A stretch of DNA of 61,633 nucleotides, the filler included, from Stramenopiles sp. TOSAG23-2 (Eukaryota), in the NCBI GenBank assembly GCA_900128395.1. It is 8 parts of 8 records of this genome, joined end to end, with 100 filler letters (N's around TTAATTAATTAA, not from the genome) between each part and the next. Parts side by side here need not be neighbours in the genome. Positions count along the whole stretch, not along the records: positions 34,253 to 45,541 come from LT649947.1; positions 45,642 to 56,914 come from LT649948.1; 6 more parts are not named here. One strand, 5' to 3'. The position numbers and the translations under genes were made by a program. Shown here in pieces: positions 42,036-52,723 of the stretch. How positions within the stretch are numbered: the stretch's first letter is position 1; every line of letters begins with the position of its first letter. Below the pieces are notes generated by a model, which saw only the letters and a list, made by a program, of their open reading frames with translations, made no database searches and was not told the DNA's origin.

Positions 42036-42802
42036 AAAATGTACTGCTCCAGTGTTGGTGGGTGGAAATTATGATGATATATTGGCTCTCCCTATCAGTA
42101 TATCACAAAATGTAGCAGCAGCATTAGGAAGAAGAGTTGAAAATTTGGTGGTATTGGAAAAAGAGGAGAAAGAACAATTTATAAAGCACATAAAAGTTCT
42201 TGGGTCAACAGTATTAACATTGCCAGGATATGGTAGATTTGGTAACTGGTAAGAAAATAAAAAATGATAATACAATACCCAACTTCAGTTTTTATTTTCC
42301 CCTTACCAACCAATGGTTATTAATGTATGATATACTTTGACAATTTGCAGCCGGAATTGCAACAACATTGTAGCAATGTGGAACCACACCAACAGCTGCT
42401 CATCTATGGTTATTGATGTGACTACAGATGTACCTGTAAAATTCAATGATATTGTGAAATCTCACTTCACATTCACCATCAGTAATTTTTTAATAAAACC
42501 AAAAAATCAAAAGTACACAACAATGGTTAAAAATTCTTGGGAAACAAAGTGCACCATCAAAGCTGCACAAAATGGAATTAGCATCTACATAGCACTGAAT
42601 AATATTAATAGCATATAATTACCATTACCAATAATCAATACATATTAAAAATATATATATATACAAAAAGATATAGGCACATCATAGATACAAACGATAG
42701 ATATATAGAACATAGAACAACAACAACAACAATTTATAGTGCAAACAGATATACAATATTAACATACATACAAGAAACAAACCATTCATCATATATACCT
42801 AT

Positions 42803-43576
42803 ATGAACAATAATAAACGAAGAAAAGTTGATAGTAGTAGTAATAGTAATAGTAGTAATAATAATAAAAACAACAACAAGAATAATAATATGGCTTCCAT
42901 GGTTTTAAATGCAAATAGAATAGGTATTTTTAAGTCAAGAACACCTATAACACCATTAGGTTTGGTTTATAATAAAGCAACAACAAAATTTACAGAGAAT
43001 GCATTAGTTTTAGAATGTTTTGTTGATTTTTGTTGTCCATTTTCAAAGAAAATATGGGATAGATTGACAAAGGATGTATATGGGCATTATAATAATAATT
43101 CCACGTCTCCATTGAAAATTATTTTTCATCAAGTTCCACAACCATGGCATCCACAATCAACACTATTACATGAAGTTGCATTAGCATCTTTAATTGCTGG
43201 TGGGGATGATAAATATCAATTAATGTATCAAAATTTATTTGATATTCGTGACAAATTTACCGATATGATGACATATGATATGACACGAACACAAATATAT
43301 GAATCATTAGCCCTTGCAACTTCAACAAATGTTGGCATTGAAGCAAAAAATTTAATGACATTATTAGCTTTAGATACTTCAAATGGTCAAAAAAATTCTG
43401 GGAATGCAACAACACAAGCATTGAAATGGTATGTGAAGCAACATAGGCAACGTGGTATACATGTTTCACCAACATGTGCAATTAATGGTGTCGAAGTAAA
43501 TACAAGTTCTGGTTGGAGTTTAGATGAATGGAGAAAATTATTAGATCCATTAATTGAAGGTGCTGGAAATTGTTAA
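42803..43576 (+). CDS. Thioredoxin-fold (DsbA-like) protein
   Basis: FVDFCCPFSKK, QVPQPWHPQS and RQRGIHVSPTCAING...SSGW motifs; N-terminal poly-N/S. Confidence 0.85.
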   Translation: MNNNKRRKVDSSSNSNSSNNNKNNNKNNNMASMVLNANRIGIFKSRTPITPLGLVYNKATTKFTENALVLECFVDFCCPFSKKIWDRLTKDVYGHYNNNSTSPLKIIFHQVPQPWHPQSTLLHEVALASLIAGGDDKYQLMYQNLFDIRDKFTDMMTYDMTRTQIYESLALATSTNVGIEAKNLMTLLALDTSNGQKNSGNATTQALKWYVKQHRQRGIHVSPTCAINGVEVNTSSGWSLDEWRKLLDPLIEGAGNC

Positions 43577-43871
43577 ACAAATTTGTATACGGTACGAACA
43601 CGCATGTGTATATATATTATGTCACATGATGCAGTTAATTGTTGTTATATCAGGGAGAAGATTTGTATTTGAGAAAAGATGCAAAAAAAATAAAAAACTT
43701 TTTTTATAAAAACGGTCTCGCACGTGTGTGTAGGGTTTTTAAAAAGTGTTTTTTAATAAAAAAATTGAATAATATGATCCGCATTAAAGGTTTCTTATGA
43801 CTATAAATATACTCTCTCTCTCTTTTTTCTTTTCTTTCTCTCTACTTCACTACAATACTACCACACCAAAC

Positions 43872-45272
43872 CTATAATATTTTTTGCCATTCCGCATCAC
43901 GTATTGAACGTTCTTGTGATTCTTTTCGTTTCCTTTGTTCATATTGATTTTTACATTCATCGTATAATTCGATATCATCGGATTGATAATTTTGTATCAA
44001 TTGGGATGATAAATTTGTCACTGCAACATGCCAATAATCTTTACGTTCAAGCAATGCTGGTAATATAAATGGTAAAACAAAACCATTATGTTGTTTTTTT
44101 AATATTCCATCATTCATTAAATGTTCATTTTGCCATATTAATAATGTACGTTCAGCTACTTGAAAATTTTGACTTGCTAAACATTTTGCTAACGTACGCA
44201 TTAATAAATCTCCCACTTCATCTTTTTCCAATAAATCAAATGTAATGATTTCCATAATTTCCTCTAATTCATCTAACATTAATATTTGTTTCATCGATGA
44301 TGGCCATGGCCAATATGCTAACAACTTTTTTAAAATAATAATGGCAGTATTCATATCTTTTTCAATATATTGCGTCACGCAATAGCATAATTGACGATGG
44401 TATAAACTTAAACATCGTGGTTTATGCAATGGAAGCAATGCTTTTTCCATGAATTTTAAATGTTCTTTTTTCAATGGCAATGCAAATCCATTAATAATAC
44501 TACCTAAAATTTCTAGCAATTCACCGATACCATTATGGCGTTGCTCCTCGTATACAAATCGATAAAATACATTACTAATGGTGCGTCTTATGAAGGATCT
44601 ATGTGACATGAATTTACCATATATACGATGTAATATATTTTTCAAATAATCCCGTTCTCTATGATCCTCCGTATCAAATAAATCGACTAAACGAGCACAA
44701 AAATTATGAGATACGTATTTTTTAGCTGCCTTTGCAGTAACATCTGGTGACATGATAAAACGTAATAAAAATTCGTAAACAATACATAAATGTGGCCATG
44801 ATGGTTCAAACATTGGTGCATCTTCCTCCGGATTGTAATCATCATCAGCTGGCGGCAATGCACGGAATACGTTCGTTTCTACCATTGATATGACCCTTGG
44901 TAACATGGATTCCGTGAAAAATTTTTGACTTGTTGGGGATGATACAAACTCTACAAGTTCATTTAATGTATTTCGTTTAATTTCAGCGGAAGTACGTTGT
45001 TCATCCGTCATTGGATTATTAAAATCAAAACGTATTTCACATAATAATAACTTTTGTCTAAATACTTCTTGCCTTTGCGTTAAACTAACTTCTTTCAATT
45101 TCGGTAAATCTGGCATTTTTTTCGTTGGCAAACTACGTGCTGAATTACTACCACGTCTTTTTCGTTCTACTTTTGGCATAGTTACATCTGCACGTGGTGT
45201 TGATACTGTACCACCACTTTCACCTTCTGCACTACTAGAAGATTCATTTTTTTCACCTTTTTTACTAGACAT
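43872..45272 (-). CDS. PP2A regulatory subunit B' (B56)
   Basis: EPSWPHL..VYEFLLRF, LFDTEDHRERDYLKNILHRIYGKFM, HNGIGELLEILGSIINGFALPLK.EH and FQVAER motifs. Confidence 0.96.
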   Translation of the reverse strand: MSSKKGEKNESSSSAEGESGGTVSTPRADVTMPKVERKRRGSNSARSLPTKKMPDLPKLKEVSLTQRQEVFRQKLLLCEIRFDFNNPMTDEQRTSAEIKRNTLNELVEFVSSPTSQKFFTESMLPRVISMVETNVFRALPPADDDYNPEEDAPMFEPSWPHLCIVYEFLLRFIMSPDVTAKAAKKYVSHNFCARLVDLFDTEDHRERDYLKNILHRIYGKFMSHRSFIRRTISNVFYRFVYEEQRHNGIGELLEILGSIINGFALPLKKEHLKFMEKALLPLHKPRCLSLYHRQLCYCVTQYIEKDMNTAIIILKKLLAYWPWPSSMKQILMLDELEEIMEIITFDLLEKDEVGDLLMRTLAKCLASQNFQVAERTLLIWQNEHLMNDGILKKQHNGFVLPFILPALLERKDYWHVAVTNLSSQLIQNYQSDDIELYDECKNQYEQRKRKESQERSIRDAEWQKIL

Positions 45273-45541
45273 CTTTGTTATTGTTGTAAATAATATGATT
45301 AATATTATTGTATATTTCTTTATATATATATATATATTATTTATTTATAAAAAAAACTTTCTTTTGATGATGATGATATATATATATAACGTAGTATACG
45401 TTAAAAAATATTGTTGATTTTAAAAAAATGATCAAAAAAAAATAATTATATATTACTATTTAAATCTTTTTTTTCTAGAAAAAAAAAATGACGGGATGTA
45501 CTATATATATTTAAATACGTTAATATTATTCTACAAAAGGT

Positions 45542-45641
45542 NNNNNNNNNNNNNNNNNNNNNNNNNNNNNNNNNNNNNNNNNNNNTTAATTAATTAANNN
45601 NNNNNNNNNNNNNNNNNNNNNNNNNNNNNNNNNNNNNNNNN
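45542..45641. other. Artificial contig spacer
   Basis: N44-TTAATTAATTAA-N44. Confidence 0.98.
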
Positions 45642-45642
45642 A

Positions 45643-48318
45643 CCAAAACCGAGACCTAGACCTCGCCCAAGGCCAAGACCGAGACCTCGCCCAAGGCCAA
45701 AACCGAGACCACGCCCAAGCAAGAAAAGGAAGAAAAGGAATATTGAGAAGGATTGCATTCTTTTCACAAAATCGCAAGAAACAAAAACGCTCATAAGCAA
45801 AGGCAGCCGCGAAGAGTGTGTAGAAAAATGCCGCTCACTTCAAAGTCAGCGTAAAGCATTTCGTAGGTGTCTGTTTGGTGAAGAAGTATTGGTAAGGCAA
45901 AAAAGAAGGCGTTTGGTAATCAAGAAGAAACAATCAAAAAATAAATGTCGAAGTGACAATGATTGCAAGAAATTTCGTTCAAAAGGTGTACAATTTGGTT
46001 GTTTCTATCTTACGAAAACAGAAGGTGTGTGCAAGGCAAATGTAAGAAAATGTAAATCCAAGGCAGACTGTCCCAAAGGTCACAAATGTAGAAATAGACA
46101 AGGAAATGCATACGGTGTGTGTATACATCGTGGAAAAATACGCGGGGATGCTAAATACAATGTTGCAATAAACGTATTTTCGCGGTTAGCTGCAAAGGAA
46201 GGAAAAGACAAGAATGATAAGCAAGACCATACGTCATTGGACGCTTATTTTGCTGTACCTTTGATTGAGGAAGGGGATGATGATTTTGATATATGTGATG
46301 AGGGCGAAGAAGTTAAAATGATGATAGATGATAAGGAGGAAAACCAACAACAAAACCACAATCGTGATGGAGACGGCACGGCCAAAAATGATGAAGTTAG
46401 AGACAGCACGAATCAGATGAGACAAATGCTCGATCGTCGCTCAAACGAAGGAACGAATAAGATAGTTTCTCCGGTTGCCAGTACAATTGCAAAAAAAACA
46501 CAACTTACTGGCTCAATGAAAAGTAAAAATAACCATGCACCTGGAGCGTTCCAAAAGGGAAAAGAAAGAAAAAAACAAAATATTCGAGGAGACGATTTCA
46601 CTTTTTTGCAACTTTTCAAAAAGCAAAGTTTAGCAAGCTCAGACTTTTATGGTACTTGCAACGCAGCATTGCCCAATTCTGCCAAGCAGACGCTTTTCTG
46701 TTCTGACCCAGTGGAGCGTGATCGGTTTACAAATAGTAAACCGTTGGGTAGGTTGAAGTTAATTCACGTGCTTGTGGCCAATACTGCGGGTGAAATTTTG
46801 GGGGAATCGAAAATATCAAACATTGCTGGACTTTTGGAAGGAGGACAAGCAGATGCCTCGCGAATCTTCGAACGCAATCTTGGCATAACAATTGACAGTA
46901 AAATGGTGGTCCACGAAATTGTAGACAACGACATGTACAATTTTTACAATAAATATATAAATCAAATACAACTGTCCGATGACGCAGCGGCCGAAGTATA
47001 CAGTAAAGTGTTCGAACATTATGATGATGCAAAGGCGTCTTTGCTGTCTCAAGGGGTACCTGTTGACTCCGCGTTTATGATTTTCTGGAATATTGGCGGC
47101 TATGCTGGTTTAGCTACTTCAGCATTGCATACTGGAGTGCCAAGAATCTGGATGAATATAAATAATTACGCAAACCAAGGAAGCTGGACATATCCTTACA
47201 TGGGTAGGGTTCTTGCTCATGAAATTGCGCATGTGTTAGACATACACCATACTCATAAAATAGAAGATGTCGAAGGAAATTTATGTAAATGCACGTCGTT
47301 TGATGCAGAATTTTCTAACTTCGATGATATGCGTGGGGATTTGATCCGTGATACCCCTCCAGAGCCAAAAATGTCAAAGTTTAGAAATATTGTTACAAGT
47401 TTCATGGATACACAGGTCGATTACGTAATGGGCGAAGATGTTCGTATGGGAGTTGGTGATCATCCAGAAGCAGATGACCCAGGTGATTCTGAAGGAAATA
47501 AAGGGAAAGGAGGGGGAAAGAAGAAAGGAGGGAAAAAGAAGAAAGGAGGGAAAAAGAAGAAAGGAGGGAAAAAGCGACCAAGACCTCGCCCGAGACCTAG
47601 ACCTAGACCAAGACCAAGACCAAGGCCAAGACCTAGGAAGAAGAACAGAGGTAGAAGGTTGCTCTCCCGGCGACATACTAACAAGGCTGCTTTCAACGTG
47701 TTGATAAGGCAAAATTGGGATATACCAATTAAATTGAAAATTACAAATCAGCTGAAAAACGATGTGCAGAAATACATGGATGAGCTTATCATACCAGCTG
47801 TTTACATACCTCATATTCTAGATTTAGAAGCAAAATTTTTAGAACAAAGTGGATTTACTTATGGAATTCAGACCACTCGGGAGGACAACGATATTTGTTA
47901 TGATTATGTGAAGCAGGTAAAACATCCTCGTAAAGACATACTTTCGCTCAATATTATGAGCTATGGCGTTGGAGTGGGGCTATCCGATACTACAAGAGTT
48001 CGATTTACGAATCAACAAAAAGCCCGTATGTTCTGCGTTTTAAGCCAGGTTCCAGAACTAAAACAAATATTACCGACTACAACAACAACTGCTGACAAAA
48101 CAGTTCTAGAGAAAGACTGTTTGGAGGCTGCAAAAAAACAGTTTCCTGCAGATCACATAGTTACATTGAGCAGCGGGAAGTTTAATGGTGGTTCTTTGCC
48201 CAATGGGTGTAGTCATACAACAACCAACAGAATGCTGAGCACGATTGCATTCTACAACCGTGTGAAAACTAATCCTGGCACTGTCGATCCACAATACCAA
48301 CTAGTCACAAGGTTGTAA
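45643..48318 (+). CDS. Metzincin metalloprotease (M43/pappalysin-ulilysin-like) with poly-PR and Lys/Gly tracts; 5'-partial
   Basis: The frame is open from the contig start (PKPRPRPR...). Zinc motif LAHEIAHVLDIHHT, DLIRDTPP, Met-turn NIMSY followed by FTNQQKARM; Cys-rich N-terminal modules. Confidence 0.8.
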   Translation, partial: PKPRPRPRPRPRPRPRPRPKPRPRPSKKRKKRNIEKDCILFTKSQETKTLISKGSREECVEKCRSLQSQRKAFRRCLFGEEVLVRQKRRRLVIKKKQSKNKCRSDNDCKKFRSKGVQFGCFYLTKTEGVCKANVRKCKSKADCPKGHKCRNRQGNAYGVCIHRGKIRGDAKYNVAINVFSRLAAKEGKDKNDKQDHTSLDAYFAVPLIEEGDDDFDICDEGEEVKMMIDDKEENQQQNHNRDGDGTAKNDEVRDSTNQMRQMLDRRSNEGTNKIVSPVASTIAKKTQLTGSMKSKNNHAPGAFQKGKERKKQNIRGDDFTFLQLFKKQSLASSDFYGTCNAALPNSAKQTLFCSDPVERDRFTNSKPLGRLKLIHVLVANTAGEILGESKISNIAGLLEGGQADASRIFERNLGITIDSKMVVHEIVDNDMYNFYNKYINQIQLSDDAAAEVYSKVFEHYDDAKASLLSQGVPVDSAFMIFWNIGGYAGLATSALHTGVPRIWMNINNYANQGSWTYPYMGRVLAHEIAHVLDIHHTHKIEDVEGNLCKCTSFDAEFSNFDDMRGDLIRDTPPEPKMSKFRNIVTSFMDTQVDYVMGEDVRMGVGDHPEADDPGDSEGNKGKGGGKKKGGKKKKGGKKKKGGKKRPRPRPRPRPRPRPRPRPRPRKKNRGRRLLSRRHTNKAAFNVLIRQNWDIPIKLKITNQLKNDVQKYMDELIIPAVYIPHILDLEAKFLEQSGFTYGIQTTREDNDICYDYVKQVKHPRKDILSLNIMSYGVGVGLSDTTRVRFTNQQKARMFCVLSQVPELKQILPTTTTTADKTVLEKDCLEAAKKQFPADHIVTLSSGKFNGGSLPNGCSHTTTNRMLSTIAFYNRVKTNPGTVDPQYQLVTRL

Positions 48319-48712
48319 AAAATAATTTTTTTATTTTTTTAATTCGCTTTTATGATATGATAAAATAATTTTCTTCCCTTCTAAGCTATTTAAAATATTA
48401 AAATATAAAAAGTTCACCTTCAAAAACATGTGTGTATTAAATACGAGGAGTTTGTAATATAATTATCTTTAATAGGTAGAGAGTATCAATACTACTAATA
48501 GGTACCTCGAATTATACAATAAAAAATGGATACACAATATTAATTATTATAGTAGTACAAATACACAATATAGACCATCAATATAAATAACGGTATATAT
48601 ATATATATATCAACATCAACAAGATGAAATTTAATACAAAAACATATTCCAGGGTATATCAATGTTCACCACAATACATTGCAAATAAATGCTATAAAGC
48701 CATACCAATACC

Positions 48713-51700
48713 ATGAAATCATCACCATCTACTACAACCACTATCACCACCACCACCACATCATCATCATCAACGAGAAAATCATCACCATTTTTAATAC
48801 AATCTGGATATATGAAAAAACAAGGTAGACTTATGAAAAGTTGGAAAAAACGTTATTTTAATTTATATAATAATGGTATATTAACATACTCTGCCGAAGC
48901 AAGTGGTACTAAAATTCTTGGTGAAATTGACATCAAATGTGCAAAAATTGAAATACAAGGTGATCTTGAGGAAGACACCATCCCCAAGTCAAGATTAAAG
49001 AGACATGCATCTAGTTTTAGTGACCGCCTAAAAAAAACTTCATCTGAAATATTAATTGCAAAATTTGATATTAAAATATCAACTAGTAATGGAAGTCGTG
49101 TTTTAAAATTACGTTGTGATAGTAACTTTGATAAGCAAGCTTGGATTAGCGCATTAAACCGATCATCTAATTTATCATTGTCTGTGTCTGGTGATCAAGG
49201 GTTATTTATAGAAATATTTTGGGACTTAACAAACGATGAAAATGATTTTAGTGATAATAATAATAATAATGAAAAAAAAATTTCATTTTACAAAAATGAA
49301 ATTTTATTGAAAAACGAATTGTTACGAAATTGCGTATATTGCATTTCATTTACTACTACAACTATTTCAACATCTAATTTTTCGAAATTATTAGCAAAAC
49401 ATGATGATAATGACAATAAAAATACAGAAGATGGAAATGAGGCACCATGTACACTACGTCGTTGGTCATTTATATTTACTTCCGAGGAACTATTTTATGA
49501 TATTTTTAAGTCATCTACCTATATTTCAAAATGTTTTTCTTTAGGTTGTAAAATAAATCGATGTAATGTAGGTGGAAAAAGATTCAATTTATATATAGAT
49601 GAAAAAGTAAAATTATTAATTGCATTATTTAAATTGAAAAATGAATTTAATGATAATGATTATCATTATAATTACGTTGATAATAATATTATTAATATTG
49701 AACCAATGTCAGAAACAAATTATATATTGCATCCACAAGCCTTTTTTTTACCATCAAAAGGAACATTAATTAGACGTTCCTACGTAGCAAAACGTAATGA
49801 TCAGAAAAATATATTACAAATTATTCAGCAAATCGAATCATCTACTGCATATGTTGCAAGAGCAGATTATCCAAGTGTTTTGTGTTATCATGTATATACC
49901 GATAAAATAGCAAATAATACAAGAACACGATTAAATATAATTGAATTATACGCAAACAATCTTGCATTAAATACATTTTTAAGAGATGAACAAGTTGTAC
50001 GTTTAAAACAAAGTCAATTATCAATGTTCGAGAAAGATGTTATAGAAATGGAACGATTTTGTTTATATTCCACATTAGTACCACCATCAAATAGTTATAT
50101 TAATACAATTTCTAATTTAGGATACATAGGTAACAATATTACTACAATTATTAGCAATCGTGAAGATGATATTATGAAAAAAAGACTTTTTTATACTATG
50201 ATACAAAAAGATGGTGGCTATGTATTACATCAAACACCTGCATTGCCGTATACAATGACAAAATCAGTTGGTTGGATGATGAAACGAAGGACAAAAAAAG
50301 AATTATTTAAAAGGCGTTTTTTTGTTATTAATCCAGACGGTGCATGTTTAATGCGATATTATTTGAAATCAGGAAGCCATTTAAATGGTGAAAATGAACG
50401 AGGCTCATTTTCACTAGAAGAATTAATCATATATTTACATGGTGGTTCTAGATCTTTGAATTTTACATTGAGCTCCCCAAAGGAGCCTCAAACAATGTCG
50501 TTGAAGGCACGGACTGTAATTGAATACCATCGTTGGATACAAGATTTAACACCATATGCAAAAACTATTTACAATTTAGATACCGAAACATTAATAACAG
50601 GTGTTCAACCGAAAAAAGGATTAGATACATTTAATATTGATAATATTGTTATTTCTGCAATTGCATTACAATTGGATCAAATTAATATGTCTAGCAATGC
50701 AAATTATACAAAAAAGAAAAATATCATGGATAAAAATTCATTATTATCATTAGATACAAATGATAATGAAATAAATCAATGGTTTTTAACATATTCAGCA
50801 GAATTGAATCAAATTATAGCAAAAGACGCTAGAAATGCTGTTTCACAAACGATAGTGTGGTTTGTAAGTTTAAATGGTTACCCGCTTAATAAAAACAGTA
50901 AAACACAAAAATACTAACATTCTCTACTAATTATCTTCATTTGTAGCAAACAAAATTAGTTAAATATTTTAAAAGACATTTTGATTCAAAATTGAAACTT
51001 GAAAAAAAAAACAGTATGACAGAACATATTTATGAAAAAGTGCATGAAAATGCAAAAGATGCTAAACGGTTTATACGTAGAAAAGCTAGGTCAACATTTA
51101 AGGACTGGATAGAGCAAGAATACGCACCTAGTGAAAATGAAACGTTTTCCGATACATGTTCAAGACATGCCGATAGCGTACGTTTTTTTATTGAATGTGT
51201 ATATGAAATGTTAACAGATGAATACTCAGAAATATTAGATACGTACCATATACGATTGTCTGATTTATATGAAAATGAACGTGATAGTGATAATATCGAC
51301 GAATTATATGTTTCTACCACTGTCATAGCAGTTGAACGTCGAATTTTATCACCAATTTTTGATTACGTTGAATTTTTTGTGACATGTACTGGTGAAGCTT
51401 ATAAGATTGATGCAAAAGTGGTTGAATTGCGGGAAAATATACGGAAATTTACAAAAAAATTAAACATTTCCATCGAAGAAGTATTTGATGCTATAGAATC
51501 AGAGAGTAATTGGAAACGTCCTGTGGAGTTACTAAATACAATAGAAACCTTGAGACAACCAGCAGAAATGTTATCAAGACTTATGGCAGTCATGAATGCA
51601 TTAACAGATACGTATGAGGAGGAAGAACGGCAACGTGCAACAAAGGGAAAAGACAACTTATCCTTTCAACCAGATCCAATTGGAGCAGATGATTTTGTTC

Positions 51701-52281
51701 CGATATTAATTGCTGTAATTGTCCGTAGTAATTTAAAAAAAGCACAAACCATGTTACAAATGATGTCACATGTTGGTAGTTCATATATTACTAATGGTAA
51801 AACAAAATATTATTTAACTATGTTGGAATCCGTATTGTATTATTTGTCTACTAAAGGGGAAGAGGTTGTAAATGATTTAAAGGAAAAGATTGATATGAAA
51901 AAAAAGAAAAAAATTGGTATTAAAGAGTCCAGTTTTAGATTAATACGCTCAATTTCGAAGGCATCAAGTAATAGTAGCACTAATACAAGTAACACAAGTA
52001 ATTTAAATATAAATGATAGAGAAAGCAATAGTAATTTTGATGAGAAAAGGCAAGGTACATCTAATAATGATAGTAAACAAAGTTCAATATTAGAAAATGA
52101 AATGCATTTCCTAAGTTTATTAGAAGATAGGTTGACAACATTAAATGGAAACATTTGTACTGCACAAAGTCTGATTAAAATCAATCAAAGAAGTTTATTA
52201 ATGATGAAAAACAGAGGAAAGGGTAGAAGTCATCGACGAAATTCTACATTAAACAAATTACGATCATTTTTGGATGAGTGA
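48713..52281 (+). CDS. PH-PH-VPS9 protein (Rab5-family GEF-like), about 1161 aa; exons 48713-50863 and 50947-52281
   Basis: PH1 SGYMKKQGRLMKSWKKRYF...WISAL; PH2 GWMMKR...FKRRFFV...WIQDL; VPS9 IGADDFVPILIAVIVRSNL...YYLTMLES. The two ORF-track ORFs are joined in frame by an intron. Confidence 0.85.
50864..50946 (+). other. Spliceosomal intron (83 nt, phase 0)
   Basis: GTAAGT donor, TACTAAC branch site at 50912-50918, TAG acceptor; in-frame join. Confidence 0.9.
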
Positions 52282-52723
52282 AATATTTAAATATATTAAT
52301 ATAGAGTGGAGAGCGTTTTAGAAAGTGACGCGAAAAAACACACGTGTACGCTTCGTGTAGCATTTTGCATTATATATACGAGTATTATATATTATAATTA
52401 ATGTAATATATTAAAATTATTATTACGAATATTTGGTACGAACGTACGTATCATTATTTAAATACGTACACACGACGTGTCGTTTTTTTTTTTTATTTTA
52501 ATTTTTTTATATATAAAAAATATATATTTTATAATTTAATTAAATCTCAAAAGTTTTTATAAACTAATTCAAATTCTTACGATCTGAAAGAATACCATAC
52601 TACTTCTTCGTTTGTACAAATGTGTTAAGTGTGTTTACTTATTGGAAAAGAAGTCAGTATATGTATATATATACAATATTTTAATAACTCGCCAGCCGTG
52701 TGCGAGAAGATAACTTGTTTCTA

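Noticed and set aside
43020-43050. Possible selenocysteine in the DsbA-like active site
   Set aside because: The codons are TGT TGT (CCPFS), with no in-frame TGA.
47374-47814. Antisense ORFs with GLGLGL / SWSWSRSR repeats (also 45586-45800)
   Set aside because: Reverse-complement shadows of the poly-PR and Lys/Gly tracts.
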